Source: a virus
Taxonomy: Duplodnaviria; Caudoviricetes
IMG/VR virus record: IMGVR_UViG_3300013118_000236
Coordinates: 1-52,542 of that record
Strand: one strand, 5' to 3'
Length of the DNA: 52,542 nucleotides
Of this stretch, positions 34,101-42,873 are shown piece after piece. The position numbers and the translations under genes were made by a program. Numbering within the stretch: the first letter of the stretch is position 1; each line of letters opens with the position of its first letter. Under the pieces are notes generated by a model that did no database searches, was not told the origin of the DNA, and saw only the letters and a program-made list of their open reading frames with translations.

Positions 34101-34559
34101 CTCAGAAACTAATTTAAATAGATTGTTTAAGCCCGTCTGGTTCTGTACCAACAATACAAGATGACGTCTGCGGCGCAATATATCTTGGGTTTTCTTGCTG
34201 TTGCCTTCGTCTTCTACGGTGGCGCCCGACTGGGCATCCTTCTTGATACTCTTGGCGCGCTTCTTGTCTGCCATGGCCTGATCATAGGCTTCTCGCCATT
34301 CTGCAATTGAGGGAGTAAAATACGCCTCGCAACCAAAAATAGGCTTGAAGTTTTTACCTTCGGCTTGCATTTTCTTTGCATGCAAAACCTGATATGCTAG
34401 ACCATTCATGTTTCCATGATCGGTTAAGGCTAGCGCCTCGCAGCCATTTTCGTACGCAAAATTCATATGATCCTGCGGAAATCCAATAGCATCAAAAATA
34501 GAACCGGCAACGCTATGTGCATGCAGTCCCACGAACTTAATCTTTGGTTGTTTATTCAT
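31131..34559 (-). CDS. dnaE: DNA polymerase III alpha subunit
   Basis: PHP motifs LHAHS, TDHG, DSHY; GRGSAAGSL; PDIDYD; HAGGVV; KFDLLGL; GFNKSHA; 1142 aa. Confidence 0.97.
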   Translation of the reverse strand: MNKQPKIKFVGLHAHSVAGSIFDAIGFPQDHMNFAYENGCEALALTDHGNMNGLAYQVLHAKKMQAEGKNFKPIFGCEAYFTPSIAEWREAYDQAMADKKRAKSIKKDAQSGATVEDEGNSKKTQDILRRRRHLVLLVQNQTGLNNLFKLVSESYQPENFYRYPRIDYALLKKYNEGIIASSACLGGVYAGDYWENRDDSDDAVLAAMRETTRRMVDVFGDRWYAEIQWNNIKEQHELNQYVMQVADEFDVKLISTADSHYPGPDAWKDRELYKRLGWLGKGRPSWAEEESQLPDGVEEIGYELYPKNGDQMWESYKQYSAEQGFEYNDDIVLQSIEETHKIAFGRIESFLPDNTVRLPEFVVPAGFTATQALVNFALEGLKDRALHTNKEYTDRLRRELNVIDDRGFSKYFLTMKAIVDVTNNMMLAGPGRGSAAGSLVAYALGITQIDPIKHGLLFSRFLRSDATDYPDIDYDVSDSMALKERLVEMWGEDCVAPISNWNTLQLKSLIKDISKLYNIEFTEVNTVTSIMIREATPEAKRKHGIKAGVYVPTWEEVMEFSPTLTAYLNKYPQVKTHVEGLVGQVRSCSRHAGGVVIAEDLDKSMPLINSGGVRQAPWAEGQNVRHLEPMGFIKFDLLGLSTLKMMEVCIQHILRRYHNVEEPTFTQVRDYYNENLHPDVIDLEDQKVYENIFHKGKWAGVFQFTETGAQGFCTRVKPRNIIDVSAITSIFRPGPLSAGVDADYVDAKNHPHRIGYLSEEAREITEETFGFLIFQEQIALLAHKLGGLTLDEGNMLRKVLTKKGTGKGSVKGRLHDKFIKGCVAKDISRDEAQALWDKFEYFSGYGFNKSHAVSYSVISYQCAWLLNYYEAEWMAAFLDKEPETRKEKAINIAKSFGYNIAPVDVNKSGRVWEIASDNTTLIQPLTSIKGFGDSALEQIIEHRPFNNIEDLLFREEITYSKLNKKALDALCRAGAMDKLVDERFSGRKHFWSAAVVDRPKNRKKFAENIEAYSKEGDFSEEEIIHFKSELTGVFPMNLVITTETIQRLKDKFIPPISEFDSDLCVCWFIPRKIVPKKTKNGKNYWIVEVIDSNNETEKIRCWGVKPEKDKIFTNRPYMAKLKYDEQWGFSTYAVGKTFKLLG

Positions 34560-35445
34560 CAGTGTCTCCCTCTTGACTATTACATAGTATAGTATGTTTG
34601 CGAGCGATTGTCAAGCTGTCTGCCGGCTTTTGTATAAAGTTTTCGCTAGCCATATATTCTCTATATCCATCCCAGTTGCCAGCGTCCCAAAACCACTCAG
34701 TTTCATGTATCTTGCAGTTGGTTTCATCAACCTGCGAGAACACCGTGTTGATGCTGAACTTTCTGGCGCTCCATCGCTCATTAATTGGCAATTTTTTGGA
34801 GGGATATTTTTCGCCATCTTCAGTATTGTAAAACGTTTTAGTTGTCTCAGAATTGACATACCTTCTGCATCTTTTAAAGTCTTCCCCAAACATGGTAAAT
34901 GGTAAATATTTATTATCCTTGACAGTCTCGCCTTCAAACGATAAAAAGAAGTTATCTTGATGATGTAAAATATCAGCCCTCATTGCACGTAGTGAATAAA
35001 TATTAAAGGCAGAATGCGGAAACGAAATATAATATTTTTCAGGCACGATCCACTTTGATAATCTGCTAGCGACATACCATGCGGAATGCATGCCGAACAG
35101 AGCGGACCAACCATAAGAGTCGCGACGGTCGCGATCTTTCGGATGAATCGGCACATAGTAAATTGGTATCTCTTTGCGCTTGTCCTTATAATACTTTTCT
35201 TTTCTATAATAATAAACTGGATCGTAAATCCATTCGCCAATAACCTTTCTTATTATGGGCGCCATGTCGTCGTTGGCAACAATCCATATCGTTTGGCAAC
35301 CAGCAAGGGCACACTCAAATACCGATTTCTGGATCATGGTAAAATTTTCGTCAAGGGGCAGAAGACACCATGGATACTTCATCCCAAAGGTATCTTCGTA
35401 GTTGGCTATGGGTATTATGCCCGCCATGTGAATATGTTTGCTCAT
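34552..35445 (-). CDS. Divergent sugar-nucleotidyltransferase (NTP_transferase)-like protein
   Basis: AGIIPIA...P.CLLP...ALAGCQTIWIV, C-terminal W.DAGNW..Y; GxGTR motif eroded. Confidence 0.55.
   Translation of the reverse strand: MSKHIHMAGIIPIANYEDTFGMKYPWCLLPLDENFTMIQKSVFECALAGCQTIWIVANDDMAPIIRKVIGEWIYDPVYYYRKEKYYKDKRKEIPIYYVPIHPKDRDRRDSYGWSALFGMHSAWYVASRLSKWIVPEKYYISFPHSAFNIYSLRAMRADILHHQDNFFLSFEGETVKDNKYLPFTMFGEDFKRCRRYVNSETTKTFYNTEDGEKYPSKKLPINERWSARKFSINTVFSQVDETNCKIHETEWFWDAGNWDGYREYMASENFIQKPADSLTIARKHTILCNSQEGDTDE
34586..34614 (-). promoter_or_regulatory. Sigma70-type promoter for dnaE
   Basis: TTGACA-17 nt-TATACT. Confidence 0.75.
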
Positions 35446-36257
35446 AAGTGTCTCAAATATTTTTGATAATGAAAAGAAGAACTATCAAGCTTGTCGAATT
35501 GCTCATCACGAACGCTAGAATCGTAGATTTTTTTTTGCCTAGCAATTGTTGATGTTTTAAATTTGTAATGTTTTGGTTTGCCATTGGGCCCATAACTACT
35601 CAGCAGGCCTTTCATGCCTCTTTTCTCCATCTCTCTGACCACCTTAAATCTGGCCATGGTTTCTGAAAAATCAAAATCTTCGATCAGCTGTTTGTCAATG
35701 CTGGAAATAGCGCAAGCATCCTTAACCTTAGTGTTCCCGCATATTCTATCAGACGAATAGAACCATATTTCTCTAACAAAGTCGTCATCTGTCCGAATGA
35801 AATCAATTTCGTGTTTGCCTCCACTATTGAATGCAACCCAGTCGCAACACATTATTTTTTCACTGGGTGGCGAAGCAGTAAAGTCATGTAATTTTTCATA
35901 ATGAACTTTAGCTATCTTAGAATATTCATTGAAACAAGTGATGGCGTTGTGCTCAAGTCGCATACTGGTGCAAAGATTTGAGGTTGGCATGTTGCCATCT
36001 AATGATAGCAAGAAAAGAAGCCTTTCCCATAGTAGTTCCTTCGGGAGTCCAATTCTCTTTTCTCCATCAAAGGTCGTTAAAGTTTTTCGAGTTTTACTCG
36101 AGAGTTTTAAGAAGTCAAAATCTACATCCGGTTCAAAATAATCAAACCTAAATGGTCTTTCTGCCTCGGAAAAGAATAGGGGATATCTATTGTTAAATGA
36201 ATATACAACGGCTTCCAGTGAGCTACCCAAAACTATGTCGCGATATTCATATATCAA
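35442..36257 (-). CDS. Hypothetical protein with eroded Rossmann-like N-terminus
   Basis: DIVLGSSLEAVVYS. Confidence 0.6.
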   Translation of the reverse strand: MIYEYRDIVLGSSLEAVVYSFNNRYPLFFSEAERPFRFDYFEPDVDFDFLKLSSKTRKTLTTFDGEKRIGLPKELLWERLLFLLSLDGNMPTSNLCTSMRLEHNAITCFNEYSKIAKVHYEKLHDFTASPPSEKIMCCDWVAFNSGGKHEIDFIRTDDDFVREIWFYSSDRICGNTKVKDACAISSIDKQLIEDFDFSETMARFKVVREMEKRGMKGLLSSYGPNGKPKHYKFKTSTIARQKKIYDSSVRDEQFDKLDSSSFHYQKYLRHL

Positions 36258-37441
36258 TCGCGTCTTCTAAACCCCGCTATCAAAGCAGCCATAAAAATAG
36301 TGTACAGGCTTCCACGATTAGCGACAGCGCAGCTACAGCCGGAAGAAGACTTCGTTCCCGGGTCGGATGACGCGGACGCGAACTCAAACGGGGCAGCTGT
36401 ATCTTGACCTTCTTCGTGCTCAAATCCAGTATCATGATGTTCCGGAGAATCGCCCGTGTCATCTTCTTCGGCGCTTGGTTCGTCTTCTTCTCCCGCTGGA
36501 ATAAAATACGGTTGGGAAATAACTAAATCGCTTAAAGTTACGCCAAGTTCATGATGGAATGGATCGTACCAGCCAGTGTCAAAGTTCCCCACAAAGTTTA
36601 ATTGATCTATCATGAAGGGCATGCCTTCTTCAACTTGAACACTCAAAAAGTATTCGTGGTATGCTGATTGTGTCTCTCTTGCACCAAGATTTAGATACAT
36701 GTCCCACGCCATCAGGTCGGCACGACCATCTACGAACACATCCCACTCATAAAGCGTGACTTCGTATTGGGTCTGCACAGAGTATTCTGACGAATGATAA
36801 CCCTTTACTTGGAGGTTACCGGCAGCTTGCATCTCGGCGCCTTCTTCGTCAATCTTATATTCGCCGTGTGCCATCACAGCACCCTCAGAGTCAGAGCCGA
36901 TACCATATGCGTTCTGGAATGTTACTTGCCCATAGGCGTCAATACCATACGATTCAAACGGAACCGACCAGTCCCAACGGAAGGCGCCCTGTTCACGCTC
37001 CACGTCAGTCATAGCCTCAACGCTTAGAACGGGATGTTCACCCCAATCACTCCACTCGTCTGCCCAGAGCTTACACTGTGCTCCTCGTGCCCAATCCCAT
37101 GGAGCGTAGTAGCAGTCATGTCCCGGCGTAACCCGAGTCTTGATAACGGCAACATAAAAATCTGTACCCCTGTCGATTGATGACTGGAACCAGAAAAATT
37201 CCACAATGGCATCAATGGTGTTATCATAAATGTCCGAGTTCCCAACGTAAAGGGTATTCCCCTCAAAAAAGGCGTACGGAAATCGGCCCTCACTGCCAGC
37301 GATGTCAGTAGCGTCTTCAAACGATACGTCCCAGTCTCCTTCTAAAATAGATGCGCCCGTATAGGACGTCTCGCTGGCACTTAAGTCTTCAGCGTGGGCC
37401 GGACCCATGAGGCACAGCGATAATAGTAAGTTTGTAAACAT
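36254..37441 (-). CDS. Secreted acidic protein with MYXO-CTERM-type sorting signal
   Basis: Start MFTNLLL behind AGGAGA; signal peptide ending AHA; C-terminus SSGCSCAVANRGSLYTIFMAALIAGFRRRD. Confidence 0.8.
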   Translation of the reverse strand: MFTNLLLSLCLMGPAHAEDLSASETSYTGASILEGDWDVSFEDATDIAGSEGRFPYAFFEGNTLYVGNSDIYDNTIDAIVEFFWFQSSIDRGTDFYVAVIKTRVTPGHDCYYAPWDWARGAQCKLWADEWSDWGEHPVLSVEAMTDVEREQGAFRWDWSVPFESYGIDAYGQVTFQNAYGIGSDSEGAVMAHGEYKIDEEGAEMQAAGNLQVKGYHSSEYSVQTQYEVTLYEWDVFVDGRADLMAWDMYLNLGARETQSAYHEYFLSVQVEEGMPFMIDQLNFVGNFDTGWYDPFHHELGVTLSDLVISQPYFIPAGEEDEPSAEEDDTGDSPEHHDTGFEHEEGQDTAAPFEFASASSDPGTKSSSGCSCAVANRGSLYTIFMAALIAGFRRRD

Positions 37442-37466
37442 GTTTCTCCTGATATATGTTTGATAC

Positions 37467-37495
37467 ATTATAACTTAGTTAGCTGAAAATGTCAA
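37467..37495 (-). promoter_or_regulatory. Consensus sigma70 promoter
   Basis: TTGACA-17 nt-TATAAT. Confidence 0.8.
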
Positions 37496-38029
37496 CTATC
37501 TTTTGTGGAGCCCGTAAGAATCGTAGCCGCCGAGCCACCAATTTGGGTGCATTATGTGGCTTCTGTGGCTGTAGTGTTGCCACCCCAAGGCATGACCTAT
37601 CTCGTGTTCAAGCACGCGTTCCTTGCGGCCAGATCTTGGAAAAATGAAAATTTTTGCCTTGATAATCTCATCAGTGAATTTGCTTGTATATAATCTTGTT
37701 GCGGCCATTTTATCATCGGCGATCCCTTGGGATGGTAAAACGATAGCTATCTCATTATCTTTCGGGTTCATGCAGAGTGAATGGCGGTCTAAATAAATTT
37801 CTCCAAATTCATAACCTAGCCGTTCCCAATAATTGACGGCCCTCCGGACTCTCCCCAAGGACACTTCCGTATCTTGGCATACTCTAATCATAGGCGGCTG
37901 GCTCCACTTATATTTTTTCAATGGTTTTTGAGAAAATACTGAGACCTTATAAAATTTTGTAAACGGATTGTGGTCATAAGCCGCACTATCAGTTTGAAAG
38001 GCCATTAAAAATAACAGGAGAAACATCAT
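37496..38029 (-). CDS. Matrixin-family (metzincin) metalloprotease
   Basis: HEIGHALGWQH plus Met-turn HIMHP; N-terminal signal-like segment. Confidence 0.85.
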   Translation of the reverse strand: MMFLLLFLMAFQTDSAAYDHNPFTKFYKVSVFSQKPLKKYKWSQPPMIRVCQDTEVSLGRVRRAVNYWERLGYEFGEIYLDRHSLCMNPKDNEIAIVLPSQGIADDKMAATRLYTSKFTDEIIKAKIFIFPRSGRKERVLEHEIGHALGWQHYSHRSHIMHPNWWLGGYDSYGLHKR

Positions 38030-38935
38030 TCATAGTTCTTCCTTCACTTCATCAAGCAGTGCTTTGATGTCTAGGCCGGCACAATCGATCTTTCGCTTGC
38101 TAACGTGATAATGACTTACGAATCCTTTAAATTTTCCATATGCCACATTTTGTTGATAGTAATTTGAAGTTTTGCCAAATTGATTGAGGGGCGTTTCGTA
38201 TGGGATCCCAGCTGCTTGATGGATTGCTTTCCACAAAGCCTTGAGAGCCTTAATTTGTTCAGGATAAAATCCCATAAAGGGCCCAAGTTCATGGCCATTA
38301 ATATATGCCTTTTCGATTATTGGTCGCTCGCCGAAACCATTTTCCACGTACCAAGATTGATATTTGGGGTAGTAAGCATTTGAGATTTCAACGCCGACTG
38401 AGGGCCTGTTGGTTCTTTCGGAGCCGGCATGCCAAGCAGCGTGCTGCATGTCCATAGTTTGGTATATGGTGCCGTCATTGTCAATGAGGAAGTGAACTGA
38501 GATTCCTCTTTTATCCAAAACTCTCTGACAAGATTTAGAACTGAGGCAAACATCCCAATGGTTAACAAAATATCTAATTTTTCGTTTTGGCCGGCCGGTG
38601 TAATCGTAATACGTCCCACGTTTGGTTTTCAAGCCGTTGGGCTCTGACCATAAAACAACCTTGTCCCAGTCAATGTGGGTAAAGTTTCCATTAAAAACAA
38701 CATAATTTGAATACTGGCATTTGTCGGGCGTGTGATCATCAATATTCTCTTGCCTTTCTGTCCAGAGGCGACGAAACGTAGCTGGGCCACACAAACCATC
38801 AGCTATAAGTCCCAGAGCCCTTTGAAACACCTTAACGGCCCTTGTCAATTTATCATCAAAGTATTTTTCACCAAACCACGACGGATCCCATCCGAGCTTA
38901 GCAGCCGAAGCTTCGTTATAAAAGTTTTTGTCCAT
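38030..38935 (-). CDS. N-acetylmuramoyl-L-alanine amidase with peptidoglycan-binding domain (endolysin-like)
   Basis: AVKVFQRALGLIADGLCGPAT; SVHFLIDNDGTIYQ, AWHAG, VGVEI, SHY...KIDC. Confidence 0.9.
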   Translation of the reverse strand: MDKNFYNEASAAKLGWDPSWFGEKYFDDKLTRAVKVFQRALGLIADGLCGPATFRRLWTERQENIDDHTPDKCQYSNYVVFNGNFTHIDWDKVVLWSEPNGLKTKRGTYYDYTGRPKRKIRYFVNHWDVCLSSKSCQRVLDKRGISVHFLIDNDGTIYQTMDMQHAAWHAGSERTNRPSVGVEISNAYYPKYQSWYVENGFGERPIIEKAYINGHELGPFMGFYPEQIKALKALWKAIHQAAGIPYETPLNQFGKTSNYYQQNVAYGKFKGFVSHYHVSKRKIDCAGLDIKALLDEVKEEL

Positions 38936-38950
38936 TTAAGATACGTCCTG

Positions 38951-39223
38951 TTAGATTATGCCCACAATATAATTATCTTGTATAATAGAATATGTCGTGT
39001 TGTTCACGGTTATTTCTTCAATCATGCTATTATCGACAACCACTTGGCTGCCCTTTGATAGCTCAAATCTGACGTCTTCGGCCCAGTCAAGCACGTCAGT
39101 ACACACGTATCTTTCTTCGGTAGGCTTGAAGTCTTCGGGCAACAGGATTCCCATTGGGGTTTCGGTTTCGTTTTTTGGAGGTCTATTCTCAATAAGAACG
39201 TACCGATTGACTGGCTTAAACAC
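38951..39223 (-). CDS. groES: Co-chaperonin GroES
   Basis: FKPVNRYVLI...T.MGILLP...IVGI; 90 aa. Confidence 0.8.
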   Translation of the reverse strand: MFKPVNRYVLIENRPPKNETETPMGILLPEDFKPTEERYVCTDVLDWAEDVRFELSKGSQVVVDNSMIEEITVNNTTYSIIQDNYIVGII

Positions 39224-39449
39224 GGGCTATCTCCTTTAGTAATATTTTCTCGTGATTTTTGTAATTATTTTCGTCTAGAAACACGTTTGTGCGTGCGAGA
39301 CACTGTTCACAGACCAACGAAACACAGACATTGGCGCCCGAGGTAGCTTTAATATTACCCGTTGGTCTCCACTGGCAAAGTTCTGTGTCTCGCTGCTTAC
39401 AATTAATAAGTAGTTCGCGTTTTTCTAGTAAGTGATTAAAATTTTTCAA
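39216..39449 (-). CDS. Cys-containing hypothetical protein
   Basis: TTG start behind AGGAGG; C...C...CEQC. Confidence 0.55.
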   Translation of the reverse strand: MKNFNHLLEKRELLINCKQRDTELCQWRPTGNIKATSGANVCVSLVCEQCLARTNVFLDENNYKNHEKILLKEIARV

Positions 39450-39457
39450 ATTTCCTC

Positions 39458-41422
39458 CTAAATGATACAAGATTCGCCATCACAAAATTTAGTTCCTGAG
39501 CCACCTTCAGCATCAAATCTGGTGATTGGTGTGATATTTGCCGAGAGTTCATGATAACGTTCTTCTGTGATCGGTTCATATGGCGCCTGTTCATATCCAG
39601 TCTCTTCATACTTTAGAAACGAGACTGCTTTGAGGCGTGTTTCATACATTTCAAGTGCGTCCTTGATTTGATCTGCTTCGTCGGGCTTAAAAGTAACTGT
39701 GACAGATACTGAATTATCAGCCCAGTAATGCTGGTACTGTGCGGCTATTTCTAACTGTTCCCACATGCTTATCTCTTTCTTTCCTTTGAGGAAATACGGT
39801 TCCTTAACGGGGAATTCAACGCATACAGTATTAGGAGTGTACATATCATCTTCAATATTATATCCTGACTCGCGCAATTTGTCAATCATTTTGCTATCTT
39901 TTGAGAACCTGATCCTCCTAATATAATATTCATCCTCTGGAAAGTGAATCCCCGGAGTAGACCCATTAAGCAGCGAAACAGTGCCGGAAGGTTTGATACT
40001 AGTCATGCGAACAGACTTTGGAATGCACAGCCAGTCAGAGTAGTCTTCATCCAGACTCTTAATGTGCTCGTAAGCATTGTCACACCAATTTAAAACCTCG
40101 CGACGGCCATGTTTATTAAATGCTTGAACAACACCGGACTGAGAAAGTCCAATTCGCCGGTTCTTAAGCATTTTTGCATTTGTTTCTGGCCAATGAGTAT
40201 TAGAAAGCGTGACTGTCTTGCCGTAAAGGTAAGCAATCTTTAAAGTTTTTAGATAGTCTTCATATGTATCGTGTTTTGCAGGGAATGTTTCAACAAGACA
40301 GCATAACTCCGCATCTTCAAGCTGCTGTTCAACACAAGGATTAAAACCCATAACACTCTTGTCATCATCCCTAGGTTCATCAGCCATGCGACCGCGAGTT
40401 CGTGCATTATTGAGCCAGATATAGCCCGGCTCACCATTGCTTTGTGATTGTTTGGCGTGCCATGTGTAATCCATGCCGACTAAAGCGTGGAAAGAATTGT
40501 TAGAACCCCAACGGTGATGATACAATTTTTCTTGATCGTTCTTCATTTCAAGGTAGTGTTTATCATCATGGGCTCCCATCGCAAGTGCTGCAGAGCGCCT
40601 TACGTTACCCGATACGACACAGCGGCCAATAAGATTTTCAGTGTCAACGATGTCAACAGAGGTAATTTTTTGACCGATGCGACTGTCATATAGTTCCTTC
40701 AGATTTTCGTGTAACTCAATTAAGGGATCAGGGCCCGAGGAAGTTCCGCCGAAACCCTTTATGGGGGCCCCGTAACCACGTATTAGAGAGTAATCAAATT
40801 TTGGCACTTGGTTGCCGAAAAAATATCCGTCCAGAAGAACTTTAACGGAGTCAACCCAGCCTTCCCGACTGTCTTCAACAAAATGAATTTCGCTTGTGTG
40901 TTGTGGCTCTCGGATCGTTACTGTGTCGGCCCCTAACGTATCAAAACCAACCCCAATGCCAACCATTAAAGCATCCATCATCCATGCAAAAAGGTATCCC
41001 CCTTTGGACGACAAATCCTTTGTGGAGCGGAATGCGCAATTGAACAATCCGGCGGCAGTTCGCTCTTCAATAAATTTGGTGCCCATCATCCACAGGCCGC
41101 GGCCGGGTGGGGTCCATTTCAAATTAAACAATCGATCATAAGCGTCTTTGGCTGTCTTTTGAGCTTTGCTGTCATTCCATTCTAATCCAAGCATGAAAAC
41201 ATGCTGTTTTTGCATGTTAAACATGCCCTCAATAACTCTCCGGCACGTGTGAAGCCACTCCTCGGTGCCCTTCAGGTCTGGGTCAAACTCGGATAGCCTT
41301 CTGGAATATGTGCGCTTAAAGGTAACGTACCCTAGAGGGCCCCAAGGCACCTCTTTTTCTCTGTATTGTTCAATAAAGGTATCTGATAGCTTAAATTTTC
41401 TAATATTGTCGATTGTTCTCAT
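39458..41422 (-). CDS. nrdJ: Class II (B12-dependent, monomeric) ribonucleotide reductase
   Basis: RTYSR, PPGRGLW, LFNC, GNVRRSA, NPCVEQ, IKPSGTVS, C-terminal CDGESC. Confidence 0.93.
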   Translation of the reverse strand: MRTIDNIRKFKLSDTFIEQYREKEVPWGPLGYVTFKRTYSRRLSEFDPDLKGTEEWLHTCRRVIEGMFNMQKQHVFMLGLEWNDSKAQKTAKDAYDRLFNLKWTPPGRGLWMMGTKFIEERTAAGLFNCAFRSTKDLSSKGGYLFAWMMDALMVGIGVGFDTLGADTVTIREPQHTSEIHFVEDSREGWVDSVKVLLDGYFFGNQVPKFDYSLIRGYGAPIKGFGGTSSGPDPLIELHENLKELYDSRIGQKITSVDIVDTENLIGRCVVSGNVRRSAALAMGAHDDKHYLEMKNDQEKLYHHRWGSNNSFHALVGMDYTWHAKQSQSNGEPGYIWLNNARTRGRMADEPRDDDKSVMGFNPCVEQQLEDAELCCLVETFPAKHDTYEDYLKTLKIAYLYGKTVTLSNTHWPETNAKMLKNRRIGLSQSGVVQAFNKHGRREVLNWCDNAYEHIKSLDEDYSDWLCIPKSVRMTSIKPSGTVSLLNGSTPGIHFPEDEYYIRRIRFSKDSKMIDKLRESGYNIEDDMYTPNTVCVEFPVKEPYFLKGKKEISMWEQLEIAAQYQHYWADNSVSVTVTFKPDEADQIKDALEMYETRLKAVSFLKYEETGYEQAPYEPITEERYHELSANITPITRFDAEGGSGTKFCDGESCII

Positions 41423-41428
41423 TATAAT

Positions 41429-42808
41429 TTATTTCCTTCTAGTTTTAAATTTTTCATAACGATTTTGCAGAATATTTCTCTGCTCTTTGGCAGTAACCGG
41501 TGCCGGGCTCATAGGTAGGCTGCTGTTGATTGGTGTGGGTGATATTTTTGGAAGCATCTTAATACAAACATTTGAAGTGTCCATGAATATATCATAAATA
41601 ATACCGTCCGGGCCGTTTCGGTTCTTAGCGATGAACATTTTTCCCTGATTTTTTTGTTTATCCTCAATGGTACGCGATATAGTACAAATAAAATCAGCAA
41701 CAAAACATTTATTAAATGCTTCTGAAATTTGTTCCATCGTAATTACTTCGGCGTTGAGGCCTGAACGATTTGTCTGAGAAGCTGTCCAAACGGGGCATTC
41801 AAACTCTTGAGATATCGCCCTGAGTTCTTCGTAAATAGATTCTAGCTCATTACGTTTTTCCTTACGAACAGTCACGGGCTTGAGTAGATCGGCGTAATCA
41901 ACCACAATCATACCGGGCCTGATCCCTCTTTTGATCAACTTTGATAAATGGGTCTTGATAGTATTAGTCGAGGCTGATTTTGTTGGATATTCTTTAACTA
42001 TCAACTTACCTTCAATGTCCTTGACAATATCGTAAATTTCGCTTTTAAAGCCTTTCAACTCAGATAACGGATAGCTCGTGATACAGCTATCATACCTAGA
42101 TGCTACAACGGTGTCCTGCAACTCAAGCGTATAATGTATTACTGTTTTGCCTTCCTTGATTGCTTGGGCGCCTAAGTGAACCAATACCATAGACTTGCCG
42201 GCGCCAGTGGGAGCAATAACAACCCCTAATTCACTCTTGCCTAAGCCGCCGCTGCAAATATTGTCAATATCGCTCCAGCCGGTTGACACAGGTTTACGAA
42301 ACTTTGGAATAAATCTTTGTTCAAAATCGGCCAAATAATCATAGCCGAAATTGTTATCGGAACCCAGCTTTAAAGCATCGTTAATGACTTTTGAGATTTC
42401 ATCAAATGAGCACGATTGCAGCAGGTTAACTGATTCAATCATCGCCTCTTTTAATTTTTGCTTACGACAGAACTCTAAAGATACCTCTTTAATATATTCG
42501 CAGTCCGCCACTTCATTGATTTCAATGCGATTACAATAATCAAATAATTGTTTTTCGGCCACCTCATCATCAAGGTCTTCTGTCTTAAAAATCGTCAGTA
42601 ACGCTTGACTAGACGGATGCTTGCTGTATTTGTGCCTATACTTCATCAACTTACTAACGAAGATCTTCAAGTACTCAAGTTCAAGAAAGTTAATATCTAG
42701 AACTTCCGTTATTTGGTCTGCGAAAGTGCGATCTTCAAGGATAAGTTGTACCAACCCTTCTTGAAAGGATTTACCATATCTACTAAAATCAATTTTTTCT
42801 GTCAGCAT
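41429..42808 (-). CDS. DnaB-like replicative helicase
   Basis: Walker A APTGAGKS, VVDYADL, TASQTNR, KNRNG. Confidence 0.92.
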   Translation of the reverse strand: MLTEKIDFSRYGKSFQEGLVQLILEDRTFADQITEVLDINFLELEYLKIFVSKLMKYRHKYSKHPSSQALLTIFKTEDLDDEVAEKQLFDYCNRIEINEVADCEYIKEVSLEFCRKQKLKEAMIESVNLLQSCSFDEISKVINDALKLGSDNNFGYDYLADFEQRFIPKFRKPVSTGWSDIDNICSGGLGKSELGVVIAPTGAGKSMVLVHLGAQAIKEGKTVIHYTLELQDTVVASRYDSCITSYPLSELKGFKSEIYDIVKDIEGKLIVKEYPTKSASTNTIKTHLSKLIKRGIRPGMIVVDYADLLKPVTVRKEKRNELESIYEELRAISQEFECPVWTASQTNRSGLNAEVITMEQISEAFNKCFVADFICTISRTIEDKQKNQGKMFIAKNRNGPDGIIYDIFMDTSNVCIKMLPKISPTPINSSLPMSPAPVTAKEQRNILQNRYEKFKTRRK

Positions 42809-42829
42809 ATTCCTCTCAATATCTTAATA

Positions 42830-42857
42830 ACTATAACATTTCCAGCCGTAAAGTCAA
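42830..42857 (-). promoter_or_regulatory. Sigma70-type promoter
   Basis: TTGACT-16 nt-TATAGT. Confidence 0.6.
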
Positions 42858-42873
42858 GCTGAAAACTCTCAAA

